The notes under the pieces were generated by a model, which did not search any database, was not told where the DNA came from, and worked only from the letters and a program-made list of their open reading frames with translations. A DNA stretch of 64,000 nucleotides from Vicugna vicugna (Eukaryota): assembly GCA_013265495.1 (NCBI GenBank), contig MU057724.1, forward strand, positions 1,007,102 to 1,071,101, written 5' to 3'. Positions 12,725-24,596 of this stretch are shown in pieces; position 1 is the stretch's first letter; every line of letters starts with the position of its first letter. The translations under genes and the position numbers were made by a program.

Positions 12725-14569
12725 TCTCACGGCCTCCTGGGCTCTGTGGTCGAGGGATTCCCCTTGGAGCCTGGAAGTCCCTGGTGAGGGAGGTGTCCTG
12801 CAGATCGGCACCCTCTCTGTGCTCTGCTGGGGCTCCTGGTGCAACAGGTTTTATTTCTAGAGGCACGTGTCGGCCATGGGACAGCTCTGAAGGTTCAGGG
12901 GGCCGGTGTAACCTTTTTCATTGATTGGCTGGCCTTCTACACCCCAAAGACGCTCACTAAGGCATATGACCCACGGCAGCCCAACCCTACAAGCCTTTCT
13001 TCTCGCGTTGGTGAGTCTGCGGTGAGCCCCATCCCCTCAGCCATGCTGGGCTCAGCCCTGCTCCAGAGTCGGGCTGGGGTGGTCCTGTGTCCCACGTGCG
13101 GTGTGCCTGCCGGGGGCCAGGCTGAGGGGCGGCAGCTACCAGGGTCTCGTCCTCACACTGACACGTGGAGCACGACCAGCCAGCCAAGATCACCCTCCTC
13201 ATGGCCCCAGTTGGCCTTCTGGTCACTGCGAGTCCACTGTCGGCCGGCAGGGCCAAGTCCAGTAGGCGCGCGGGAGGGGACTGCCTGCAGCGGGGGCGGG
13301 GTGGGGGGGCGGGAGTGTTTCCTGGACAACACTTCAGAGTATCGTCCCTCCCACATCTGATCTCTGCACGAAAGCAGGTCATCGCGAGCATCCTCTTTTA
13401 TTGTAAACAACGTAAGTGAAGACCAGAAAGATTAAATGTCTCTCCCGGGTCACTCCAAGCAGAAAGGCCAAGAAGCCGACTCACTCGGAGTCCAAAGCTG
13501 CTGTTCTTTGCATCTTTGTCACAGCCTCTTTGGCCCAGCTTCCAGACGATGAGTGTATTAATTCTGGAAGAAGACACCATACTCCTCTGAAGATTTTCCT
13601 TTTCAGAACAGCTTTGTCCTTCCTCCCAGTCACCGTCAGCATCCTTTTATTTTCCAGATGAATTCTAACTCTCGGATACTGTGGTCACAACAATCTCCAG
13701 CTCCCCATCACAGAAAAATCTATTACCACAGTTGGACAAGATGTTTTAAATAATTTCACAGATGAGACAATTCAGTACATATCTGACCAGTTCGCGCTTC
13801 AGCAGGAATCTAGGAAGAAAACCTTGAAACATCCGGGAGGTGTGCACGGTGGTAAAATATACACACTTACTAAGAGCTTCAGTCCTTCCTGAGTTTTGCT
13901 TGAGTTCTTGGGAATTTTAAGTATTTTCCAGGCACTAGTTTTAAAGTGGAGGTGGTGGCTTTTACTTTATAGAAATCAAAAGGAGGTGACTTGAGGATTT
14001 CTTTTTCTTTATTCATGAAACAGAAAAGAGAATATTTCTTACTTGGAAAAGGGGGAAGGAAGACTTGACACTGAATTAAGTCTCACAGTGCTTCCGTGAG
14101 TCAGACTGGGCCTTCTGGTGTAAACTGAATCTGGTCAGTTTTATGAAAATCTGCCAGTACATGACATAATTCCTCCTTTTAGCGAGACAGGATCTAAACC
14201 ATGGAAAGGCGAACCTTGTATCTCTGTTAAACCACTCTTAGGAGATGTTACCTTTAGTTGGATTCATTTTTTTTCTCAATTACATATCATTTTCTCTCTT
14301 CTTAAAACGAATATGCCCATAAATATTCATATTTCCGACTTTTTACAGTAACTTATTCAAAATTCATGTTGAACGTACCTGCTGAAAATGAAGCTCCCTT
14401 AAGTGCTCCAGCAATTAAAGGAGAGTCAAGACTCTGACTTCTGTCCTCAGTGCAGTTATAAGCCACCCTCAGCAATGAGATAAACATGGCAGGTGGGCCT
14501 CAGAGCAAAGTGCTGGGGTGAACGGGACACGAGAGGAAGGACGGGGCTGGGGGCTGGGGGCTGGGGCAG

Positions 14570-14710
14570 CTCTCGCTGTCTGTGTCACCTGTGCAAGTCC
14601 TGTCCCCAGCGTTCGCTCACCTGGAAATCAAAAGGCAATAACAGTAGCCTTTCAGGAACGTGTCACGATGACGTAAAGGAGTGAACTGAACACGTGGACA
14701 GGTGTCTGTC
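14570..14710 (+). mobile_element. MIR fragment
   Basis: TGTGTCACCTGTGCAAGT..CTCACCTGGAAA..ATAACAGTA MIR core, degenerate. Confidence 0.5.
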
Positions 14711-15936
14711 CTGCGAGCGCTCTCTGAGCTCCGTTGTCTCTGAGCGGCGGAGTTCATCCGTTCTCTGTCATGAAGAGTGGGGACACCGATGCAGCGTGGA
14801 CGATGTTAGCAGGTGTCTGGTCTTCCCTCGTACGTCCTTATGTTCTTAATATTTACCTGAAAACGTTCTCTAGGAGTCATTGTAAGTATAATATAACTAT
14901 ATAAGTTCTTGAGTTTTCACCTTAACTAGAATTGGCATAAAATGTTTATACTAGTTTTGATCTCTGTGTATTTCAACGTATGAAATATAATTGCAACCTT
15001 TTCCTTTAAACTATGTCACAGAACATGAAATGATCCAAAATAACTGGCAAGGGGACATTTGGTCTTATTACTTACTCACAAAATTGCAAGAAAAAAATAA
15101 AAACAAGTGTTCCCCAAGTATCTGTTCTATCTCTTTAAAATATTTTGGGCATGATGAAAGGAAGCCCTAGGTGATTACTGGAGAAAAGAAGCTAATTCAT
15201 TATTTCATTTAAGAAGCACTTACACACCTAAGCAATTAAACCACGAAACAGAAACAACATAGTGATTTTTAAAAAAATTTAGGCCGAAAGTTGGATGCCT
15301 CATTGCTAAATGTAGGCATGCGATTTACAGCCACACACCCTTTTACAGGTTCTTTGGTCCTTTTGATACTCAGTTTCTTAGTCTGCAAATTAGAAGCGAC
15401 GTTTGTTTCTGACACTAACCATCCAAGGCCTCTTAAATTTCCGGTGAGGTGAGGCGACCTGGGAACCTGTAAAGGGCTGTGTCGGTGAAGGCAGCACTGT
15501 CACTGTCACACGATCTTTATCAGGACGGTGAGTGAACTGCGAGGTGAGCGCCCCTCCTCCAGCGATGGGAATGCACACGGCGTAAACGGCACCTTCCAGG
15601 CAGGAGGGTTCTTCTTAAAACCCAAGGATGTTTCAACCCCCACCCCCAGATGCCATTTGTCTTCATGCACGTATTTTATTTTCTAACTAACACGCTTTGA
15701 ACATCGTTGGCATTGGCGGCGTGTGCTGCTAGGGGACTTTTAAGTCCCTGTTGAAGGTTGGCTCAGGAGTGACTGTGTGGTCGTAATCACCGATTTCTGA
15801 CTTCAAGCACCAGAGCTTAGGATTTTAGAGGAAAATACTCAAAGATACTTACACACTCTCCAAATAAACGTATTTTGGCCATACTGAAAACCTGTTAATA
15901 TTAAGATCTGGCACCTTCCCCCGCCCCTTTTCTCCC

Positions 15937-16031
15937 TTTAATTGAAGTACAGTCAGGCAGAACGTGTCAGTTCGGGTGCGCAGCCTCATGTCCCAGTCAC
16001 ATGTGAACATACATCTGTTCGTTGTCATATT
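15937..16031 (-). mobile_element. Short lineage-specific L1 3' end (camelid-type)
   Basis: ATTGAAGTACAGTCAG...TGTCCCAGTCA..CATACAT...TTCGTT.TCATATT resembles the recalled alpaca L1 terminus. Confidence 0.65.
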
Positions 16032-17338
16032 TAAAATCTGGCAGCTTAAAAATAAAATGCAGAAGAGGTTTTTAGCTGAACAGTTGTGGGACAGACATCT
16101 CTGATGGTTTCACTTGATCTCTCATTTTAGTCTCATAACATCTCTGTCGCTGAAATCCATGCGGACTAACACTTTGTTATTGAAACCTGGCGTTCCCTAA
16201 GTTCGTGCTCTGAGCCGGAGCCCTGAAAGCACTCTCGGTGTGTTCCTGGTGGGTTCTTCTCCTCATTTTGAGCTGAGCAAGTCGAGCCTTAAAGACGCCA
16301 CGTGCCCTCCCACAGGCCGCTACAGCGGTTCTGACAAGATCCCCGTCTTCTTCAGATCTGTTAGCTTGTCCCTGACGGTGTTGTCACGGGCTTGAAAGAC
16401 CTCTTCAGACTTAACTTCCACTTCACAATTCCTGTCTTATTCTCCAGTCTTCTACTGAATAGTTTAGCTTGACAAGCGCGTTCTCATTTTCTGCCTTTGA
16501 GTTGTGCTCGCGCCTCAGGAAGCACCGTCATCTTTGGTTCGGAGTGTCCTCTGCCTCCTGTAGCCACTGGATTTTGGTAACGACGCACTTCGTCCATCTT
16601 CCTCTCTCCGTAGATTCCTGGTTTTCTTTGCTTTGTGTGACTGACATCTAACACTCAGTTGTGGGTGTTAAACTAACCCGATGGCAGTGGGGGAGCCCCT
16701 CTGGGCGGAGGGTTGTCCATCCTTTGCTGGAGGTGTTGGAAAGAAGCCACTGTCTGCACAGCTGCCTTGACTCTGTCAACTCTGCGGAGCTCCCAGGCTC
16801 AGGGCGTGGAGGAGGCCAGCCCCTCTCTCCTCCTTGCCTTTTAGGTCCTGCATGATCTGTGTGCCCATTCCCTAAGGGTTCCAGATTCTCCACATCACAG
16901 ATGGACTGGTCTTCACCCATTGGCTTTCCTGCCCTGGTCCCAGAGCTTCTTCAGGCCAAGTAGGAGAAGGTCCTGTGGCTGTCCCCAAGCAGAGCCAGCA
17001 CAGAGCTCCAGCCAGGCATGACGGTTGGAGAAGCCGCTCTTCCTTGGCTGGAGCTGCTAATGGACGTGAGGTTGGCGTGGAGGCTGGTTGGGACGCTGTC
17101 CACCAAAGACTTGCTAACGAGTCATTTGAAGTAGTAGGGCATGATGACAAGGACATGGGTCAATGATCAGTGCCACAAAGGTGAAAAGGTTCCCTTAAAA
17201 TATCTGCACACGTACAAAGGACGATTTACAGTTTAACCGCAAATTAAGAATGAGTGCCCAGCCCTCATGCACTGGACTGAGTGTATTTACCTCCGCTTGG
17301 CTTTGTGCTTCATCTCTGATTCACTGATCTCCTTAAGA

Positions 17339-17447
17339 TCTCCCCTTCTCTTTCTTTTTTCTTTTCTTTTCTTTTCTTTTCTTTTCTTTTCTTTTCTTTT
17401 CTTTTCTCTTCTCTTCTCTTCTCTTCTCTTCTCTTCTCTTCTTCTCT
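17339..17447 (+). repeat. Compound pyrimidine microsatellite (CTTTT)9(CTCTT)7
   Basis: Read directly. Confidence 0.97.
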
Positions 17448-17591
17448 GTTCTTTTTTCTTATGGGCAGGAAGCTCAGCTCATGAGATCTCAATGACTTAG
17501 TTATTTCGAATTCCATGAACCATGTGAAGAGAGCTGGGACTCACTTTACCCATTCAGACTGATGTGCGGCTCTTGAAAAGACAGACTGTTG

Positions 17592-18170
17592 GAAAGGGCG
17601 CAGGGTTTGAAACATGGCAGACGACACGGACCAGCAACAAGCGACCCACATTGTAGGAGAGCCAGGGGCTCTCGTCAGGCTCAGCCTGGATGAGCGAATC
17701 TGCATGAAAATAGAAACGACAGAGAGCTTCGAGGCACGTTGCGTGCTTATGATCAACATTCGAATGTGGTACTGGGAAATGTGGAGGAAGCTGTGACAGA
17801 TGTAGAAACCGACGAGGAGGCGTGTGAAGAGATACGTAAATCGACGAGGCGGAATATTCCGATGCTCTTTGTTGGGGAGATGCTGGTGTGCTGGCTGCCC
17901 CACCCCTGAGAGTTGGCTGAAACAAAGAATTTGTCCTGTGTGGAGAATAGGAGACTTTGTATTATTGCCTCTTTAAATGTAGAAGACACTCAAAAGAGAA
18001 ACGTGTACATTTCGATGTTAAGAAATGACCAAGCATTCTTCCATTCCTGAAATAAGTCGATTTGCAGATAACTAGCAAATTCCTAAGCTAAATGGCATTT
18101 TAGTTTTTCTCCATCCCTTCCAATAAATGTGATCACCAAGCTGCAGAACAAAAAAAAAGAAAGAAAGAAA
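17592..18170 (+). pseudogene. LSM3: LSM3 processed pseudogene (CDS remnant 17614-17920)
   Basis: Intronless [32 protein letters not shown] / [54 protein letters not shown] / [14 protein letters not shown] matches LSM3 (MADDVDQQQ...APPLRVG). Two 1-bp deletions (~17711, ~17874) give 307 bp instead of 309. It has a 3'UTR, AATAAA at 18122-18127, an A-rich tail at 18150-18170 and a degenerate TSD (17577-17591 / 18168-18182). Confidence 0.95.
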
Positions 18171-19519
18171 GCAAGCCTGTTGTGTTGCCCGATACGTGGA
18201 CTCACTGGATGCCTTTGAGGTCCTTACTTCTCCGCTGTGATGAGTGAGATCTAAACTCCAAGTGCTCAAGGGAGCCTGTCTTGCCCGAGGGACTGCTTGT
18301 GAGCACACACTTCTGGGTAACTAAACTGTCCTATTCCAGCAACACTTCCAAGGATGGAGTTACTACTGGTTGAATTCTCAAGAATGTACCAGTTTCTATC
18401 GCAACATTTTGACCCTTAAGGAAAGTTCACAGGACAGCCAGTTTCACTGGTTCCATGCGGACTTTTCCCCTTTCGGTAAATCTTCAATATTAGTTGCTTC
18501 ACTTCTACTAAAACTGAAGGCAGATAGATTATTGACCATTTCAAACGCCTGGTGACTCATGGCTGATAAAAGGAACAATTTACTTCCCGTTTTAACCATG
18601 ACAGTTAAGGTTTTGACCAGGAGCTATTTCCAGTCTGTGTGCTATTCCTCTAGCCCTCCCTACTGTTTCTCCTTTTAAAATGAAGTCAGGGATTCAGGGA
18701 AAATGCTTACTCTTTGCTAATGAAGTCAAAGGTAGCTTATTAATACCTTAGTATTTTTTATGAAAAGGATATATCTTGCTTCCACAAAATAACAAATTTG
18801 ATCATGCCGTGAATATCTGGGCAGTTGGTTTTGATCTGACCTGTAGAAAATCTGCCAGTCTTCACCTCCACGGTCTGCCAAATGTGGGCTGTGCCCAGTG
18901 CTCTCCAGGCGTCACCCACTTCTCAGAGCTCAGCGGCAAGTGAATTTCTCCAAGAATTCTAGAAAATATTGTCACTGTTTTGAATATGTGCATTTCTCCA
19001 CTTGCAAAAAGCTCACATCACACTCTTTTTTAAATATTATATGATATAAATCTGCTGTCTAAACACTACCAAAACTCTTTTTCCTTTGGTTATTCAGAAA
19101 ACCCTTATAATCTTATGGTTGGCAGGTAATGTTGAGTTTACCTATTCCAACACTTTTATTTTTGAGGATAGTTAAATTGAGACCAAAAAAGGTGTCTTTA
19201 CCCCGGTTTTACACAGCTAGTTAGCAGTCACACTAAGACTAGAAGATAGTTTTGTCTAATTCATCATTCTGTTGTATCATCGCCAACACTCCAGAGGGGA
19301 AAGCAGTGATGTTTTACCAGTGAAAGGAGAGATAAACAGTCAGGGGACTAAAAACCAAATAATAAGTGTAATTAACTAAACACTATGTCCATACCCAGGC
19401 TTTATTTTTTATTTTTTAAACTTTTTCTTACTGAATGAAAGATTCTTTAAACTCTATAGTGCTTTACAATTTTCAGAAGTTTCACACACATGATCTCATA
19501 TAATCCCATAATAACCCCC

Positions 19520-19650
19520 CGATATAATTCTCTCCCCCTAAATCGCCCTGCCCCCACTGCCCCGCTGGTAACCACTAGTTTGTTCTCTGTATCCATGAGT
19601 CTGCTTCTTTTCGCTTTCTTCACTAGTTTGTTGTCTTTTCTGGATTCAAT
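19520..19650 (-). mobile_element. L1 3'UTR fragment
   Basis: CTGGTAACCACTAGTTTGTTCTCTGTATCCATGAGTCTGCTTCT. Confidence 0.7.
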
Positions 19651-20789
19651 GTATCTATTCAGGATTTAAAAACAACGTCTAAGGGAGCCCTCCTGCACCT
19701 TTAAAGGCAGGTGTGATCGGCCCTTCTTACTGCCGGCCGCGCTGAGGCGCAGAGGGTGGCTGCCTTCGTAGGTCCGAGAGTGCAGGTAGGAGGTCCAGAC
19801 ATCTGCAGTCACAGCTGGAGTCACAGCGAAGGCCCATGGTCGCTGGGCACCGCATCCCTTTCCTGGGAGATGGACTCACGGGCTGTACTTTGACTGAGTG
19901 CTTAGTATTCCTTCGACTTTGGTGGACTTTCTGCTTTAAATGTTGTCAGTTCCCATTGGCACCACTCTCTGCTGTGAGAGACCAAGACAAAACCTCGAGG
20001 CACTGCAAAAGCACCGTGGACCCCGCACTGCTGATCCGATTTTCCACGCATGCATCTGGATCTCACCATGGAGATACACGCCACTTACCAGGCTTTTCCC
20101 AGGCTCGGCTCCTAGAGGGCCGGTAGGAGAGGGGAGGCCTTTGGCCAGATTCCTAAGTCCTTGGCAGAATAATTTTAGGGCCCAGATATGTCATCTTATT
20201 TTCAAAACCACTTTTCTTCTGCTTTCTTTAGATTGACACCTGTTTCTTCTTGGTGCCACATTTTACTTCAGTCCAGCTGGATGGATTTTCTCATCAAAGA
20301 AATCCCCCACCATGTTGCATGGGTCAGTGGCTATTTGTTTCATACAGAAAATACAGACTTAAATTTCTTATCTGGTTTATTTTACACTTTGCAGGCAGAC
20401 ATTTTTCGTATTCTTCTGTGTACAGTAATAAAAACCTCATTTTGGAGTTTGAGCAAAATACACTGTACAGTTGGTGAGCTGCAGAACCCCACTGAGCCAA
20501 TTTGTGTCATTGAGGCGAAACCTAAAACAAACAACCCAAACCGTGTCCTTTGATTGAATTATCTAGATTGCCAGACCTGCTCTTTCCAAATAACTGTATC
20601 TCCCGCTTTGTTTTGCTGCTTTGTAAGTAAGGTCCAGCGTAGGGAGGAAGCAGGTGTGGCCAGGAGGCGTGTGGTCCACAGGCAGCCCCAGGCCATGCAC
20701 AGCACAGGGGCGCTGACAGCATCATTACTCCTGCCTGACTCTGGACACATCCGTGAAAGTGGGGCCTCAGGAGATAAAGCAAATAAGAC

Positions 20790-21340
20790 TTTTTTTTTTT
20801 TTTTTACTTTTTGGGTCTTTTTTTAAATTGAAGTATGGTCAGTTTACAATGTTGTGTTAATTTCCAGCGTACAGCACAGTGATTCAGTTATATATATATA
20901 TATATTCTTTTTAATATTCTTTCCATTATGGTTTATTACAGGATATTGAATATAGTTCCCTGTGCTATACAATAGGACTTTGTTGTTTATCTATTTTATA
21001 TCTATTAGTTAGTACCTGCAAATCCAGAACTCCCAGTTTATCCCTCTCCATTCCCTTTACCCTGTAACCGTAAGTTTGTTTTCTATGTCTATGAGTCTGT
21101 TTCTGTAAATAAGTTCATTTGTGTCATATTTTAGGTTCCACATATAAGTGATATCATGTGATATTTGTCTTTCTCTGTCTGACTTACTCCACTTAGTATG
21201 ATGATCTCCAGACCCATTCATGTTGCTGTAAATGGCATTATTTCACTCTTTTTTGTGGCTGAGCAGTATTCCATTGTACAAATACACCACAACTTCTTTA
21301 TCCAGTCCTCTGTCGATGGACATTTAGGTTGCTTCCATGT
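20790..21340 (-). mobile_element. 5'-truncated cetartiodactyl L1 with poly(A) tail
   Basis: Poly-T at 20790, L1 3'UTR, and ORF2 C-terminal peptide TWKQPKCPSTEDWIKKLWCICTMEYCSATKKSEIMPF in ORF 21218..21430. Confidence 0.92.
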
Positions 21341-21760
21341 AGCAATAGCTAATTCAAGTCTTTTAAAGGCAGCACCATCCAAAGCTTTCAGAAAAACAGC
21401 ACAGTGAGTGTCACATCTGAGTAGGACCACTCATCAGAGTCAGCCCTTCTGCAACCCTGACTCGTGTTACAGGTGTGGCTCGTGAACAGGTATGTGGTTG
21501 CCTCATCTCAAGCTTTCAGTGATGAAAATGACATTTTCTTGAGCTTATTTTACTTATGGTTGTCAAATCTCTAGTATATTTTAATTGTAATTAAGTGCAT
21601 TCATTTTTTAAGTGTGAACATTACTTACTATGGTTGCCATTCATCTTTTTGCTGATGTTTTCATTACTGGTTATTTTGCTTGAAATATTTTTGAGCAATT
21701 GGAGTTGTCTCAGCCACAGGTAGGAGGGTGAGAGCCTCACAATTAGTGTGTCCCCAAGGG

Positions 21761-21938
21761 GGTGACAGGTGAGGAGGGATGACAGGTGAGGAGGGGTGAC
21801 AGGTGAGGAGGGATGACAGGTGAGGGCTAACAGGTGAGGAGGGGTCGCAGGTGAGGAGGGATGACAGGTGAGGGCTGAGGGGTGAGGAGGGCTGACGGGT
21901 GAGGAGGGGTGGCAGGTGAGGAGGGGTGGCAGGTGAGG
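21761..21938 (+). repeat. 17-bp G-rich minisatellite, 11 units (G(G/A)TGACAGGTGAGGAGG; three 14-bp units)
   Basis: Read directly; 8x17 + 3x14 = 178 bp. Confidence 0.95.
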
Positions 21939-23094
21939 GACTGCTTGGTAAGGTCAGGCGGCTGGAAGGAACATTTTCCAGAAGCAAAGTCCCCCCAGTT
22001 CCCTTCCCACAGACACCCAGGAGAAGATAAAATCTGGAACATCAGATTGCCCTGTGTCTAAAGCTGAGCTTCCATAATTAAGGCTTTAGCTCCCATTCAG
22101 TGAGAGGTCAGGGTGCTGGCCACACCGGAGGCCTGGAGGGGCAGGCGAGTGAGAGGGGCGCCAGCCTGAGGGGCCCTGACAGGCACCGTGCCAGTGGGAG
22201 TGCTGTGCCTGCCGGCGGGCTCCCACATCAGCACTGTCCCCCTTCCTGGACCCAAACTCAGGGAGACCGCCGGGAGGGCGGCCGTGCCCCTGACAGGACA
22301 GGATGGGAGCTGTGGGGTCCACTTGTGGAGGCGGGGCTCGGGGAAGAGCAGCCCTGCACCTCCAGGGATGGTTTGCTTGTTAATGTTTTCTTCCTGCTCA
22401 AAGAATTATGACCGGGAAACCTAATTAAGATCGTTTTCAGGTGGAAACAGTGAAGCATATAATCACAGGTGAATCATTACTGGTCATGGAGTAGAAAGGT
22501 GACACTTCATAGAGAAATATTTCTCCATTTGGGGCTCCAAAGCAGAGATTACAGCCTTCATAAAAGTGAAAATATAGCTTCAATCAGAGCTTAAATTCTC
22601 TCCTGGTTGAAAATGTGCTCTGAGCATCCACCATCATCCTTTCTGATCTCCAGTTAATGTGGAAGATGGGATCCTCCTTGCAATAGGAAAATGCAGTGCA
22701 TCTAATTAGCTCGTGTGAATCTTTCGTTTGTTTCATTATTTCTTAAATACTAAAAATGAATGGGACACATTCTTTAGCCTTTTATCAGCAATTGTTAAAT
22801 CACAACGCAGACGTTTTCTGACTTACAGGAATTGTGCTCACAAGAAAACGATCTACAATCCACGTGTGCCAGGAGATGGAGTGTGGTGGTGAAGAGAGAG
22901 AAAGGAGAGAAAAATGGAGAAAAGTGCCTTCTGTGGTTTATTATTGTCGTTAAGTGACATTGAGAAATGGGACATCGTTGACCCAGAGCCCCTTGCTGCC
23001 ACAAGGTTAAGGTTCTACTGAACGTGTGATTCCTTATGCTCCTAGCATCATGACAGTCAACCATGCTTTTCCATAGAGACATCAGCACACTGTA

Positions 23095-23420
23095 TATTTT
23101 ATAGCAGCTTTATTGAAATGTAGTTCACACACACAGTGTACACCTGCTTAAAGTGTGCCCTCCACTGGTCTTCAGAATACACCCCGGGTTGTGCAGCCGT
23201 CCATCGTATAACTTTGGAGAATTCCGTCACCCCAGGGGAACCCGGGCAGCTCCAACAGCCCTTCCCAACCCCTCACTCCCGGCCCTAAGCAACTGCTAAG
23301 CTACTTCCCGTCTCTACAGATTTGCTCATTCTTGGCATCTCAGATAAGTAAGAATCAGACGATATTTTTTTTTTTGCAGCTGGTATTTTCACTTAGTATA
23401 AAGTTTTCAGAGCTCATCCA
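23095..23420 (-). mobile_element. L1MB-like 3' end
   Basis: CAGCTTTATTGA.ATGTAGTTCAC..GGTTGTGCAGCC..GGCCCTAAGCAACTGCTAA.CTACTT. Confidence 0.75.
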
Positions 23421-24192
23421 GCTGGACATGCTGGCATCTTGAGAGTTTTACTATCAGATGCTCTGGGCAAATGCACTGTGAGTCATTCTGAGGGACAGAC
23501 ACACAGCCGTGGTGGACAGATGTTCACTTGCGCCACGTGGACGTGAATGGGAGGGAAAGAGCGGCAACGTGGGTGGGAGTCTAAGGCACTGGGTCTCCTT
23601 CCAGCTCGGTTCTGCTGCTCAAGGCTTGTGTGACTGCAGGTCGGTGCCTCCGTGGTTAAAGATAAGAGACGTGAGGGCCGTTTACCTTGCTTCTTTGCCC
23701 TGCGGGCAGCACTCTGACCAGATAGCATTGTCTCCACACTTTTCCTCCTCAGTCCTGTGAGCCAGGTAGGGTTCGGGTCCGGTGCTGATGGGTCTGGGTT
23801 CCCATTTCTGTCGGCTGCTCGGTTTTGTGTTGTGCCTTTAGATGATGATTTGAGCTCAAATTCATGAAGCAATGCTATGAATAGCTTCCAATTTATTTCA
23901 GTGCGTCCTACAACCTGTTTTAAATGGGACCTTACTGAGACTTCGTTTTCTCCTCTGTTTTTCGTAGCTGATCTGACAAAACATGTCTTTGTAAATCTTT
24001 TCAGTTTAGAAAGAATTTTGCTTTGCCTCCTCACTAATGTCTATTTTTAAAACTTATTTCTAAAGCTCGACACGAGAAAAGTGGTATGAGTCAAATCTGT
24101 TAACTTTCCACAATTTATTTTCAACGTAACACAAATTAAATTGAATATGTGCTTCACACGTCACAGGGCTTATTCATACTAGGCCCTCAGAA

Positions 24193-24596
24193 TGATTGTT
24201 AATTTTATGTGTGAAGACCGAAGTGCCCAGGTAATTGGTCAAACATTATTCCTGATGTTTCTGTAAAGGCTTTTTTTCCTGATAAGATTATGCATTTAAA
24301 TCTGTAGACTTTGAGGAAAGCAGATTGCCCTCCCTAATGTGGGTGGGTGTCATCCAATCAGTTGAAGGTCTTCAGTGAGAAAGACTGGCCTCCCTGAGCT
24401 GGAGGGAAGCCTGCATCTGATGGACTGCTGGTCTACCCTGCAGATTGGAGACTTGCCAGCTTCCACAATCATGTGATCCAATTCCTTAAGATCAACCTGT
24501 GTGTGAGTACACACACACACACACACACACAGGCACACTCACACACATGTGCACCTCATTCCATAGGTTCTGTTTCTCTGGATACCCCTGACTCAC
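24193..24596 (+). mobile_element. MLT2-family (ERVL) solo LTR
   Basis: GTTAATTTTATGTGT..GGTCAAACATTATT..AAGCAGATTGCCCTCCCTAATGTGGGTGGG..CATCCAATCAGTTGAAGG..GGTTCTGTTTCTCTGGA..CCCTGACT. Confidence 0.85.

Noticed and set aside
13484..13563. Minus-strand exon-like segment (TCTTCTTCCAG ... GTGAGT)
   Set aside because: It is isolated, its translations resemble nothing I recognise, and it cannot be supported without transcript data.
17614..17796. 60-aa ORF as a functional LSM3 retrogene
   Set aside because: A frameshift near 17711 disrupts the Sm fold, there is a second frameshift near 17874, and conserved residues are substituted.
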